A stretch of 64,000 bases of DNA from Candidatus Obscuribacteraceae bacterium. GTDB taxonomy: Bacteria; Cyanobacteriota; Vampirovibrionia; Obscuribacterales; Obscuribacteraceae. Made by a program: the position numbers and the translations under genes. The notes beneath the pieces are model-generated. The model did not search any database. It was given only the letters and a program-made list of their open reading frames with translations, and was not told where the DNA came from. Where the stretch lies: NCBI GenBank assembly GCA_044226015.1, contig JBGAHS010000001.1, forward strand, positions 1,024,001-1,088,000. Direction: 5' to 3'. This document shows, piece by piece, positions 48,648 to 60,646 of the stretch. Position 1 is the stretch's first letter. Every line of letters starts with the position of its first letter.

Positions 48648-49994
48648 ATGACAGGTGAGAGCGGCAGCGTGAGCGCGGAAATCAGTAACTCAAATCTAAA
48701 CACTGGAGCAAAACTCGATACCTCTCAGTGCACAGTTGCTTCTAACAATGTGATTGATCCAAAATTGCTTGAAGCCTGCATCCATTGCGGGTTGTGCTTG
48801 CCTGCTTGTCCCACATATCTTGCAACTGGGCGTGAAAGTGAGTCTCCGAGAGGACGAATTCACCTGCTGAAACTCTGGCAAGAAGGTGAGCTGCCGCTGG
48901 ATTCGAGAATCGCTGAACACATCGATAGTTGTCTTGGATGCATGGGCTGCCAGACTGCTTGCCCTTCTGGTGTGCAATACGAGAAGATGCTAAATCAAGC
49001 GAAGCCACAATTGCTTCCCTTCCGCAACAAAAAAGTGCGTCGGCTCATGGCGCTTGCTTTTTCTTCAATCTTGCCAGACTACCCTCGGCTGCGAATTTTG
49101 GGGAAACTATTGCGCCTGTATCAACAAACGAAGTTGAACAAATTCTTGCCTGCTTTGCCAATTCCATCCAAGCTCAAAAAGCGACTTGCTGAATGGGAGA
49201 GTTTTCTTCCAAAGGTTCCTAAGTATGCGCCTTTGCCGAAACAGTCATGGGCACCTGGTCCCAAGAAGGGTGGGGTGCAACTCTTCTATGGCTGTGTTAT
49301 GGATGTTTTCTACAATCACGTCAATCATGCATCAATTCGCCTTTTGACAAAACAGGGAAAAGTTGTATCTACCCCCGAGCAAACTTGCTGTGGTGCCCTT
49401 GCACAGCATGCTGGTGAAGTCGAGATTGCACGAGATCTCGCCAAGAAAAATATCGAGTATTTTGAGAATGTTCAGGGGGACATCGTTGTTACTTCCGCTG
49501 GTTGCGGAGCCATGTTGAAGGAATATGGCGAAATTCTTGGGGATGATCCGTCCTGGTCAAAACGTGCGCATGAATTTTCTGCAAGAGTAAAAGATATTTG
49601 TGAATATCTAGGTGCAAACGAATTCAATTCGCCTCCAGGTCCTCTGAAAATGAGCGTTGCCTATCATGCAGCATGCCATTTGTTCAACGTTCAGAAAGTG
49701 AAGGATGCCCCCACTGATTTGTTGAAACTGATACCACAACTGCAAATGATTCCTTTAATTGATTTTGAACAGTGCTGTGGCAGCGCAGGAATATACAATC
49801 TTTTGCACACCGACTTGAGCCTGAAGGTTCTAGACAAGAAAATGCAGAACATAAAGGCAACCGGTGCTGATGCTGTGGTGACCACTAACCCCGGATGTTT
49901 GCTTCAGTTAGAGGCAGGCATTGCAGCTGAGAATTTGCCTATGAAGGTTTACCACCTCGTAGAATTGCTCGATGAAGCATATCAACAGAAATGA
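48648..49994 (+). CDS. glcF: Glycolate oxidase iron-sulfur subunit GlcF-like
   Basis: CIHCGLCLPACP, SPRGR, CLGCMGCQTACPSGV, two CCG domains; start could be 48618. Confidence 0.85.
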   Translation: MTGESGSVSAEISNSNLNTGAKLDTSQCTVASNNVIDPKLLEACIHCGLCLPACPTYLATGRESESPRGRIHLLKLWQEGELPLDSRIAEHIDSCLGCMGCQTACPSGVQYEKMLNQAKPQLLPFRNKKVRRLMALAFSSILPDYPRLRILGKLLRLYQQTKLNKFLPALPIPSKLKKRLAEWESFLPKVPKYAPLPKQSWAPGPKKGGVQLFYGCVMDVFYNHVNHASIRLLTKQGKVVSTPEQTCCGALAQHAGEVEIARDLAKKNIEYFENVQGDIVVTSAGCGAMLKEYGEILGDDPSWSKRAHEFSARVKDICEYLGANEFNSPPGPLKMSVAYHAACHLFNVQKVKDAPTDLLKLIPQLQMIPLIDFEQCCGSAGIYNLLHTDLSLKVLDKKMQNIKATGADAVVTTNPGCLLQLEAGIAAENLPMKVYHLVELLDEAYQQK

Positions 49995-50006
49995 TTGTGA
50001 ATCGTT

Positions 50007-51215
50007 TTACTTAACCTGATTGCGCAACCACATCAAAGCTTGTCGCTGTTCGATGTCTTGATTTTTTGAATCAGTGCTGAAGAAAGAATCTGAATCAAAT
50101 AAGGATTTTGCGGAGAATGTGCTCTTGCTCCAATTGATGCCCCCAGCTTTGCCCGCGGTTTTATCTTGAAGCGCTTTATCGATTTCGGATAGAGTGCGAT
50201 CAGTGACTACGAGATCTTCATCAGCAGTCAACTCCAACTCTTCTTTGGTTTCTGCTTTGAGTTTAACTTTGACGGAGTTTTCTCCAGTTTTAGCCATTAC
50301 TCGGACGCGGGTAGAGCCTGGATTGACAATCTCTACATATGCTGTTGAACCGGGCTCTACGCTTACTCGTGCAGACGGCGTATCAATCGAGATTGTCTGT
50401 CCAAAGCTCGAAGCAAGAATATGTCCTTTGTCTATGCTGAAATTTCTTCCGCTGACTGCTTTTAGTCCTTGCGGTGACATCATGACGAAAGAACTTTCTT
50501 GAAAGTTCTTCCCTAAGCCAATTTGTGGCGATGGCAGCGCTTGCGGAACTGTCCAGAAGTGGAACTCAGAATTTTGCAGGCGAGCGGGTTCCTGAACATT
50601 TAGTGTTATCGGATGAGAAAGTGCAATCTCACCGACGTTTTCACTTACTTCGGGTCTCTCATTCTTCTTTTTGTTGGAATCGATCGAGAATTTGCTTGAG
50701 TTGAAGATGAGCGAAGGACGCTCTGAATCAGTTGAGTTGTCCTTTTTTTCTTTTTCAGATTTGCTATTGTTGGCACCAGGCATGGTGCCGTCCGAATCAG
50801 GAATAGAGGTCACTGAAAGTGATGGAAAACCATCTTGCTTAGATTGCTTTTGTGGTACGAAAAAACGCACCGGCGATTTTAAAATGCCTGTTTCGTACAA
50901 AAGAATAGTTCTTAAATCTATTCCGTGTGCACGGCCGCCCTCGGAACTCAGGAAGAAACTTGCAGGAAAGCCATTTCTGGCAAGAGACTTTGCAATGTCC
51001 GACAGGAATGGATAAGAGAAGGGGTTGCTAGGGTCGCCTTCGGCGGTGACAGTGCGTATCGCAGCTACAGCTGCTCCAGTACCAGGATAGGGCGCAGCTA
51101 GAGCCGGAAGCGTGGCGCCAAGCGAAGACATCAGCAAGGTAGCACTGATTAGCTGGCGGTTGTTCCAGAGGACACGTTTCAAATGCTTTTGCGACAAGCC
51201 CTTCAGTTCACGCAT
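50007..51215 (-). CDS. Secreted hypothetical protein with beta-rich (possibly FecR-like) C-terminus
   Basis: Signal-like segment ending ALA; 402-aa ORF. Confidence 0.65.
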   Translation of the reverse strand: MRELKGLSQKHLKRVLWNNRQLISATLLMSSLGATLPALAAPYPGTGAAVAAIRTVTAEGDPSNPFSYPFLSDIAKSLARNGFPASFFLSSEGGRAHGIDLRTILLYETGILKSPVRFFVPQKQSKQDGFPSLSVTSIPDSDGTMPGANNSKSEKEKKDNSTDSERPSLIFNSSKFSIDSNKKKNERPEVSENVGEIALSHPITLNVQEPARLQNSEFHFWTVPQALPSPQIGLGKNFQESSFVMMSPQGLKAVSGRNFSIDKGHILASSFGQTISIDTPSARVSVEPGSTAYVEIVNPGSTRVRVMAKTGENSVKVKLKAETKEELELTADEDLVVTDRTLSEIDKALQDKTAGKAGGINWSKSTFSAKSLFDSDSFFSTDSKNQDIEQRQALMWLRNQVK

Positions 51216-51425
51216 AGCTACCTCTTATTCCTCATGCTGACAAGCGTCTATGTGACTGCTCTAATCTTAAATCATATACGTTATTGGTTGAAAAATGAAA
51301 CTGCTCGACAACACAGGAAAATTAAGCGGGACGTTGCTTAACAGATGAGGGCAAGAGAGTGATCAATCGCCCAGGGAAGCATATAATTTGCTCTGCAACA
51401 GGCTTCTTTAGCTGGGAGGACGACT

Positions 51426-52061
51426 TTGAAAGCTGAGCCGATAACCCGCCATAAACCGGAACTTTTTGAGGATGACATCCCAGACCATCGGCTGAAGCAG
51501 TATCTAGCGAAGTCTCTCATCGCAATTGACACTGAAACTCGCGGGTTGATCATTCCTCGCGACCGCCTCTGTCTTGTGCAACTCTGTGATGACGAAGGTG
51601 TCGTCAGTTTCGTTCGTTATCACGGCAAAGACGCTCCTAATCTGAGAAAGCTATTGCTAGCTGAGAATGTCACAAAGCTATTTCATTACGGAAGATTCGA
51701 TATCGCCGTCATGAAGCACTATATTGGTGTTTGGACTACACCTATCTGGTGTACCAAGATCGCTTCAAAGCTGGTCAGAACCTACACTGACAAGCACAGT
51801 CTGAAAGAGCTCTGTCGCGAACAGCTGGGCATGGAGATGGATAAGTCCGACCAGACAAGCGATTGGGCTCGCGATGACCTTAGCGAATCACAGCTTGAGT
51901 ACGCCGCCAATGATGTGCGAGTGCTGCCGCCGCTTTATCTGAAAATGAAAGCACTGCTAGAGCGTGAAGGCAGGCTAGAGCTGGCAGAGAAATTATTCAA
52001 ATTTTTACCGACTCAATGTGAGTTAGACCTCATGGGGTTTAACAACACTCTGGAACACTAA
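51426..52061 (+). CDS. rnd: Ribonuclease D-like 3'-5' exonuclease
   Basis: AIDTET, RLCLVQL, KLFH..RFD, QTSDW, QLEYAANDV; GGGAGGA SD. Confidence 0.92.
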   Translation: MKAEPITRHKPELFEDDIPDHRLKQYLAKSLIAIDTETRGLIIPRDRLCLVQLCDDEGVVSFVRYHGKDAPNLRKLLLAENVTKLFHYGRFDIAVMKHYIGVWTTPIWCTKIASKLVRTYTDKHSLKELCREQLGMEMDKSDQTSDWARDDLSESQLEYAANDVRVLPPLYLKMKALLEREGRLELAEKLFKFLPTQCELDLMGFNNTLEH

Positions 52062-52089
52062 AGCAATCTACGAGGTTAGAGGTTGATAA

Positions 52090-53544
52090 ATGAGTAAGCT
52101 GATTTACGAAAAGTCCACGCCTGGGCGCCGCGCTGAGATATTGCCTCAACCCGGAGTGCCGCGCAAAGAGTTAAGTGAACTCATTCCAGCGAAGTTTATT
52201 CGGAAGCAAAAACCAGCGCTTCCCGAAGTGAGCGAACTCGATGCAGTCAGGCATTTTGTTACTCTATCAACCAAGAATCATTCCATTGATACTGGTTTCT
52301 ATCCACTCGGCTCTTGCACGATGAAATACAACCCAAAAGTGAACGACGCAATGGCAGCCCTTGATGGTTTCCGTGAGTTGCATCCGTTGCAACCTGAAGA
52401 GCAAACTCAAGGTGCACTTGAGTTGTTGGATACACTGCAAGGTAAGATTGCTGAAATTGTAGGATTGCCGTCTGTGACTTTGCAGGCAGCCGCTGGCGCA
52501 CAGGGTGAGCTTCTGGGTTTGATGTTGATCAAAGCCTACTTCCAGCATAAGGGTGACCACAAGCGCACCAAAGTGATTGTGCCTGACACCGCCCACGGTA
52601 CTAACCCTGCCTCCGCTGCGATGGCTGGATATGACGTAGTTGAAATTGGTTCCAACGACCGTGGATTGGTTGACCTTGAAGCCCTCAAGAAGGTTTTGGG
52701 TCCTGATGTTGCAGCTATCATGTTGACGAATCCAAGCACGCTCGGCTTGTTTGAAGAAGACATTATGCAAGTGCAAAAGCTCGTGCATGAATGCGGTGGA
52801 TTACTTTATTACGATGGAGCCAATCTGAACGCCATTATGGGGCTGGTTCGTCCTGGTGATATGGGTTTTGACGTTTGCCATTTGAACTTGCACAAATCAT
52901 TCTCGACACCGCATGGTGGTGGCGGCCCTGGTGCCTGCGCTGTAGCATGTCGTGATTTCCTCGCTCCATTTTTCCCGGTACCCGTTGTCGCTAAGAAAGC
53001 TGACAAGTTTGTTTTGGATTGGGATCGTCCTCACACTGTAGGCAAAGTCAAAGGCTTTTACGGAAACTTCGGTATTTTGGTTCGCGCATTGACGTATATC
53101 GCTGCTCACGGTAAAGAGGGGCTCACCCAGGTTGCCCGCGATGCGATTTTGAGTGCAAACTATCTCAAAGAGAATTTAAAGCGTTCATTCAAATTGCCTT
53201 ACACACAGCCTTGTATGCACGAATTCGTATTGTCTGGCGTATGGCAAAAAGATCGTGGTTGTAGCACAACGCAAATTGCAAAACGTATGCTCGATTACGG
53301 TGTACACGCGCCAACGGTCTACTTCCCGCTTGTTGTTCCTGAGGCGATGATGATTGAGCCAACTGAAACTGAATCAAAGCAAACACTGGATGAATTCATC
53401 GAGATAATGCTTCAAATCGACAAAGAAACCAAAGAGCAACCAGATTTGGTGACCACTGCTCCGACGCGCACCCCAGTTGGAAGATTGGATGAAGCTCTGG
53501 CAGCGAGAAAACCAAATTTGCGTTGGACTCCACCACAAGAGTAA
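52090..53544 (+). CDS. gcvPB: Glycine dehydrogenase (decarboxylating) subunit 2
   Basis: [47 protein letters not shown]. Confidence 0.97.
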   Translation: MSKLIYEKSTPGRRAEILPQPGVPRKELSELIPAKFIRKQKPALPEVSELDAVRHFVTLSTKNHSIDTGFYPLGSCTMKYNPKVNDAMAALDGFRELHPLQPEEQTQGALELLDTLQGKIAEIVGLPSVTLQAAAGAQGELLGLMLIKAYFQHKGDHKRTKVIVPDTAHGTNPASAAMAGYDVVEIGSNDRGLVDLEALKKVLGPDVAAIMLTNPSTLGLFEEDIMQVQKLVHECGGLLYYDGANLNAIMGLVRPGDMGFDVCHLNLHKSFSTPHGGGGPGACAVACRDFLAPFFPVPVVAKKADKFVLDWDRPHTVGKVKGFYGNFGILVRALTYIAAHGKEGLTQVARDAILSANYLKENLKRSFKLPYTQPCMHEFVLSGVWQKDRGCSTTQIAKRMLDYGVHAPTVYFPLVVPEAMMIEPTETESKQTLDEFIEIMLQIDKETKEQPDLVTTAPTRTPVGRLDEALAARKPNLRWTPPQE

Positions 53545-53561
53545 TCCGCTTCCGATTCGTA

Positions 53562-53741
53562 TTAGAGTCCAACGATTTGAAGGTCGCCGAGCAGTTCGGA
53601 CATGCCGTCATCGCCGCCCTCTTTTAAATAGTCCATGTAGTACTGATAGCCTTCGGCGATTACTTGCATACCTTGCAGGTGCTGAGGAGCTTCTTTGGTT
53701 TCGTTTCTTTTGGATTCTTCGTTGGTGGTTCTTGCGTCCAT
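53562..53741 (-). CDS. 59-aa acidic microprotein, copy 1
   Basis: MDARTTNEESKRNETKEAPQHLQGMQVIAEGYQYYMDYLKEGGDDGMSELLGDLQIVGL; GAGG SD; divergence from copy 2 is mostly synonymous. Confidence 0.85.
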   Translation of the reverse strand: MDARTTNEESKRNETKEAPQHLQGMQVIAEGYQYYMDYLKEGGDDGMSELLGDLQIVGL

Positions 53742-53842
53742 TGCTCTCTTCCTCGCGACCCCTGATGCTTTTTAGATTACGCAGCCTTTAGGGCTGACCC
53801 TGGTCTTGTTCGGGTCAGTTTTGGGTCAACAGTTAAAACAGT

Positions 53843-53870
53843 GGCGACCACGCAGAATTGCGTGGTTGTC
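53843..53870 (-). terminator. Hairpin, probable terminator of microprotein copy 2
   Basis: ACCACGCA-GAAT-TGCGTGGT core stem; TGTTTT follows on the minus strand. Confidence 0.55.
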
Positions 53871-53886
53871 TCTGTTGTGTTGGGGA

Positions 53887-54002
53887 GCGGGCAGGGTTGG
53901 GCGCGGACAGGGTTGGGCGCGGGCAGGGTTGGGCGCGGACAGGGTTGGGCGCGGGCAGGGTTGTGAGCGGACGGGGTTGGGAGCGGACAGGTTGGGAGCG
54001 GA
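53887..54002. repeat. 16-bp G-rich tandem repeat GCGGRCAGGGTTGGGC, about 7 copies
   Basis: Units start at 53887, 53903, 53919, 53935, 53951, 53967 and 53983; the last three are degenerate. Confidence 0.92.
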
Positions 54003-54182
54003 TTAAAGTCCAACGATTTGCAGGTCACCCAAAAGCTCGGACATGCCATCATCGCCGCCCTCTTTCAAATAGTCCATGTAGTACTGATAGCCTTCAGCAA
54101 TTACTTGCATACCTTGCAGGTGCTGAGGAGCTTCTTTTGCTTCGTTTCTTTTGGATTCTTCGTTGGTGTTTCTTGCGTCCAT
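54003..54182 (-). CDS. 59-aa acidic microprotein, copy 2
   Basis: MDARNTNEESKRNEAKEAPQHLQGMQVIAEGYQYYMDYLKEGGDDGMSELLGDLQIVGL; GAGGG SD. Confidence 0.85.
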   Translation of the reverse strand: MDARNTNEESKRNEAKEAPQHLQGMQVIAEGYQYYMDYLKEGGDDGMSELLGDLQIVGL

Positions 54183-54485
54183 TGTTTTGTCCCTCGCCCG
54201 TCCCTTATGTTTAGAGAATATCGAGGGACTGGGTCAGCCCTCGGTCTGGTTTGGGGCAATTTTGGGTCAGTAGATAAAAACGCATGGGTCATCTAAAACA
54301 AAAGCTGGCAGATGCTCTTAACCTTCAAAAAACGGAAGCGGCAGGGGGGGGATAGATATTCGTCTGAGACACGCGTGCAGAAATTTGAAGTTGTTTTCCA
54401 AACCCAAAGAGAAAAGAAGCAGACCTTCGATGCCTGCTTCTCTTTTCTTTCATCTGGGGGAGTTAAACTTACGAAAACATGGCTA

Positions 54486-54713
54486 TCAGCGCCAAATGTC
54501 CTGCTCTTCTCGGAGCATGTAGGTCTCGATGCTGAAGAAGACGCAGCCAGCACCTACAAACAGCAAAATCGTTCCTGGAATAAAGTATGCCGCAGGGTCC
54601 GTGCTGACGCCGGTCATATAGAGCATCCAGCATCCAGTGCCAATGACCAAGAGCCCGAACAATGCAAAGAATAGATAGAATGTTTGCTTGACGCTTTCGT
54701 AACTATATCTCAT
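54486..54713 (-). CDS. Small two-TM membrane protein
   Basis: 75 aa, two hydrophobic helices, GGAG upstream. Confidence 0.7.
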   Translation of the reverse strand: MRYSYESVKQTFYLFFALFGLLVIGTGCWMLYMTGVSTDPAAYFIPGTILLFVGAGCVFFSIETYMLREEQDIWR

Positions 54714-54913
54714 GGCTCACTTCTCCATCTTTTTCGCAATAATAGCTCCATGAATGTTGTGAGACCTCGTCCCTGTGGATGATGTGCTGTAAATGTTTGT
54801 GATCGCAAAACGGCAGCAGTCTCTTTACCAAAGCGTTTGAAAAGATAGTTTGGCGATGATTTCGGATGCCGAGTTAGAATAGCGATTACTTGCCTGAATC
54901 ATATATTTGCTTA

Positions 54914-55666
54914 ATGAATAGTCTTTTTGCAAAAAATAAGTTGCTACTCTCGATTCTCCTGATTGGACTACTGCTCATATGTTCTGTGTTTCTTCTGAAA
55001 GCGGTGCGTCGATGCTCAATGGCTCGGCAGTTTCGTGGACAACAAACCATTGAGTTGGTGCTGCAGAAATACGGTGACCAGGCGCGTATTCGTCTAAAGG
55101 CAAAATTCGAAAGAGCCGGTGCCATATATCCCCCTGCCGGACTCATCTTTCTTGGACTAAAGGCGGAAGAAGAGCTGCAGATTTATTCGCTTGATGAGCA
55201 TAGCAATTCGCCTCGATTCATCTGCTCCTTTCCGATTCTCGGAACAAGCGGAGTACTTGGGCCAAAGCTAAAGGAAGGTGATAAACAAATGCCAGAAGGG
55301 TTTTACAGAATCTCTGAACTTGAACCAAATACACCTTATCATGTGGCTATGAGAGTCGATTATCCAAACGAGTTTGACAAGGAAATGGGTAAGCAAGACG
55401 GACGTGCCACTCTCGGCGGTGACATCATGATTCACGGTGCTAACTGTTCTATAGGTTGCCTGGCTATGGGCGACCCTGCCTCAGAAGAGCTATTCGTCCT
55501 TGTGCACGATGTTGGTATAGACAATACAGAACTGTTGATGAGTCCATTTGATTTTCGCCATCCACCAGATGGCATTGTGCTTCCTGTTGAACCAGAGTGG
55601 ATCGGCGCTGTTTATTCTCAGCTAAATGCGAAGCTGAAGTCTCTTCCAAGCCCTGTTGAGAGATAA
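54914..55666 (+). CDS. L,D-transpeptidase family (YkuD; YafK/DpaA-like) protein
   Basis: N-terminal TM, GPKLKEGDKQMPEGFY, DYPNEFD, IMIHG..CSIGC. Confidence 0.88.
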   Translation: MNSLFAKNKLLLSILLIGLLLICSVFLLKAVRRCSMARQFRGQQTIELVLQKYGDQARIRLKAKFERAGAIYPPAGLIFLGLKAEEELQIYSLDEHSNSPRFICSFPILGTSGVLGPKLKEGDKQMPEGFYRISELEPNTPYHVAMRVDYPNEFDKEMGKQDGRATLGGDIMIHGANCSIGCLAMGDPASEELFVLVHDVGIDNTELLMSPFDFRHPPDGIVLPVEPEWIGAVYSQLNAKLKSLPSPVER

Positions 55667-55898
55667 GTCGCTTCATGCCTGAGAATGATAGTTTCTGTTC
55701 TGCACCTTGCTGGAGGAATCGACTGTTTCATCGGTCTTTTTTGACCTGGTAGCAGGTCAACCTGAATCGATTGTCGTGCATGAAAATTGAGTGAAATCCG
55801 ACCTGTCAAATTGTGCAGAATTCATGCGTGCTTATCCCTGTGAGGAATTAAGTGGGGCGATTACGATGTTTCCTGTAGGACATCTAGAGGGCGGGCAA

Positions 55899-56405
55899 AT
55901 GGGCGAACGTAATAACCAACCAGAAAACAGCGATTGTCATGAAAAAGGCACTTCTGCCGGCGAAAAATCAAATCTTTGCTTACTAGACATTGTGAATGGT
56001 GGAAAAGCTGGCGCATCAAAAAATGATGAAATCGTTGGTGTTGCGAAGAGTAGTCTCGGAGACGAACTCTGGCGTAAGACCGAGGGCGTTACTGGTTCTA
56101 TGGGGGCGGCTGCAGCGGTCAGCGAAGTGTTGTTGAAGGCTGGTCTTATGGACCACAGCGTTGGAACTGTTAAAGATGTGGCTAAAATTCTGAAAGAAAA
56201 GCACTGGGAGCCACGTAAAATGGATGAGCGTCAACCAGGTGACGTGATGCTTCGGACCAATGATGGTTTCAGTAACATTGGTATTGTTGGGCCAGACAAC
56301 ACAGTTTTCGTGAACCGTCGCAATGGAGTCTTTTCACAGATGTCTATAGGCAACTCAAGCTTACGTGAGAATGCGCTAGTCTTTCATCCACCCGAAAAGA
56401 AGTAA
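55899..56405 (+). CDS. Hypothetical protein, NlpC/P60-like fold apparently lacking catalytic Cys/His
   Basis: MGAAAAVSEVLLKAG, RQPGDVM, SNIGIVG; GAGGG SD before ATG 55899. Confidence 0.55.
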   Translation: MGERNNQPENSDCHEKGTSAGEKSNLCLLDIVNGGKAGASKNDEIVGVAKSSLGDELWRKTEGVTGSMGAAAAVSEVLLKAGLMDHSVGTVKDVAKILKEKHWEPRKMDERQPGDVMLRTNDGFSNIGIVGPDNTVFVNRRNGVFSQMSIGNSSLRENALVFHPPEKK

Positions 56406-56434
56406 ATTTCGATCGATTCCAATTAATGTGATAA

Positions 56435-56466
56435 CAGGTCTGATCGTCGGACCTGGTATTTTATTT
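56435..56466 (+). terminator. Intrinsic terminator
   Basis: CAGGTCTGA-TCG-TCGGACCTG followed by a T-rich tract. Confidence 0.6.
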
Positions 56467-56567
56467 CACAGTAAATACGACTTACTAATGCAAAAGCGAT
56501 ATATATTCACCCAGAGTTCAAAATGATTGGGGAAATTAGAGTGTGCCGATTGGATCATTTAATCCGG

Positions 56568-58871
<2,304 letters not shown>

Positions 58872-58901
58872 CGCTTTCCAAAAAACCAGATGACTTCATT
58901 T

Positions 58902-58936
58902 TAAGGCGGTTCCGTCAAGAGTCGCCTTATTTCTTT
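58902..58936. terminator. Probable bidirectional terminator
   Basis: TAAGGCGG...TCGCCTTA plus T tract between convergent genes. Confidence 0.6.
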
Positions 58937-58950
58937 GAGGACAGACGAGT

Positions 58951-60303
58951 TCAAACAGCCAAGGTTTGACTGGCGCGTTTTAGCGCCTCGTACAGTTCGT
59001 CCATGCTTTGATATCTATTCTCGGGAGCTTTCTCAAGGCTTTTATGAATGATCGCTTCAAGCACTTGTGGTAGGTCGCCTTTGTCTCTTGCAGCACTCAA
59101 CTGAATGGGTTTGTCATTAATCTGTTTTTGTAGCGTGTCTAGTACGTTGTCGCCGACGAATGGTGGATGACCCGCCAGCACCTCGTACATGATGCATCCA
59201 AACGCATAGACGTCACTTCTCTGGTCTAATAGCTGCCCCTGACAGTGTTCAGGACTCATGTATGTCGTTGTTCCAAAAACCTTGCCTTCTTTTGTGAGCT
59301 GTTCACTCGCTTTGCTTTCGGCTTCAATCTTCTTCGCTACACCAAAGTCCACTATGGTTACGTGTTCCTTGCCATTGAGTTGACCAAGAATAATATTGGC
59401 TGGTTTCAGATCGCGGTGCACCAAACCAGCCTTATGTGCATGTCCTATACCAATGCATGATTGCTGAAAAATATCGATGCACCTGGCTAGAGGGAAAGCT
59501 TCGAAGCGATTTAGAGCTCGGTACAGCGAGATGCCTTCGACAAAGTCCATAACGATATAAGGATGCTTTGATTCGCTTAAGCCGTAGTCGTGTATTGCTA
59601 CAACGTGAGGGTTAGCCATTTTGCTCAGGGCTTGAGCCTCTAGCTGAAAACGCTTTAGGTACTCAAGGTCTTTTGTACGGGAGAAATCCATGAACTTAAT
59701 GGCAAAGTCTTTTTGTAAAACGCGGTGGCGCGCTTTGTAGACAACGCTCATTCCGCCACGTCCGAGAACGCCTGTTATTTCAAACTTCTCGTCGAACTGT
59801 TGTCCACCGAGAAATTCAACTTCGTCTGCAGTTAGATTGACATAGCAATCAGCGCAAAATTTCACGTCGGCATCATATATGGTGCCGCACATTTGACACG
59901 CCATTACTTTGAATACGTTTCGTTTCGTCTCTTTTGGCTGTACTCGCTTCAAGAGCGCTTTTACCTTTGCGCTCAATTCCTTCAGATGGAAGGGTTTCAC
60001 CATGTAATCGTCGACGCCCGCGTCGAAGCCCACTTCTTTGTCGGCTAGCTCCACCCTGCCCGTAAGCAATATTACGATTGCATCGCCGCCTGCAGCTCGA
60101 TATTCCCGAACTATTTCAGGACCGGAAGGACCCGGCGGCATTTCCCAATCGAGTATCAGAACGTCAAACTTTTCAAGCTTTAAGATTTGCTGTGCTAGCT
60201 CGCCACAGGGTACAACAGAGACATCTTCACCGAAATGGGCAAACCATTCGAGTAGTGAGTCTCTGACTTGTTCGTCATCTTCTGCGACAAGTATTTTTGC
60301 CAT
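58951..60303 (-). CDS. Receiver domain - zinc ribbon - Hanks-type Ser/Thr kinase fusion
   Basis: ILVAEDD, ILDWEMP, KPF; CQMC...CADC; GRGGMS, AIK, HRDLKPAN, DFG, YMSPE. Confidence 0.92.
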   Translation of the reverse strand: MAKILVAEDDEQVRDSLLEWFAHFGEDVSVVPCGELAQQILKLEKFDVLILDWEMPPGPSGPEIVREYRAAGGDAIVILLTGRVELADKEVGFDAGVDDYMVKPFHLKELSAKVKALLKRVQPKETKRNVFKVMACQMCGTIYDADVKFCADCYVNLTADEVEFLGGQQFDEKFEITGVLGRGGMSVVYKARHRVLQKDFAIKFMDFSRTKDLEYLKRFQLEAQALSKMANPHVVAIHDYGLSESKHPYIVMDFVEGISLYRALNRFEAFPLARCIDIFQQSCIGIGHAHKAGLVHRDLKPANIILGQLNGKEHVTIVDFGVAKKIEAESKASEQLTKEGKVFGTTTYMSPEHCQGQLLDQRSDVYAFGCIMYEVLAGHPPFVGDNVLDTLQKQINDKPIQLSAARDKGDLPQVLEAIIHKSLEKAPENRYQSMDELYEALKRASQTLAV

Positions 60304-60646
60304 ATACCCCTGCCATGGGCACGCCTGTCCTCATTATGCCACAAGACGCTTGCTTTAAGCAGTCCGTGGCAAGATTTGATAAATTCCGGAAGCCTTTAGG
60401 AACCCAAAATGCTTCCAGCAGCTCAATTTATAGCAGGGGCCTTACTGAATTCCGGATTTGTCTAGCTCCTTCGGCTCAGCCAGGTCTTCGGGACATTCGG
60501 TTCTGGGCAATGAACTGTTGTTCTGCCAGGCGGCGATGCAATTATTTTGATTTTTCAATTCAACACGAATTGGCAAGTAGGGCTCTCAGAACTTTTTCAG
60601 ATTTGCCCTCTAATATTTGCATTGTGAGTGTTTGGGAGAGAGAGAA

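Noticed and set aside
53887..54002. CRISPR array
   Set aside because: Head-to-tail 16-bp units without spacers
53477..54296. ORF-track ORFs across the duplication (53477+, 53777-, 53806+, 53858+, 54018+, 54101-)
   Set aside because: The substitutions between copies are mostly synonymous in the 59-aa minus frame, which alone has matching start, stop and SD in both copies; the others are shadows or repeat read-through
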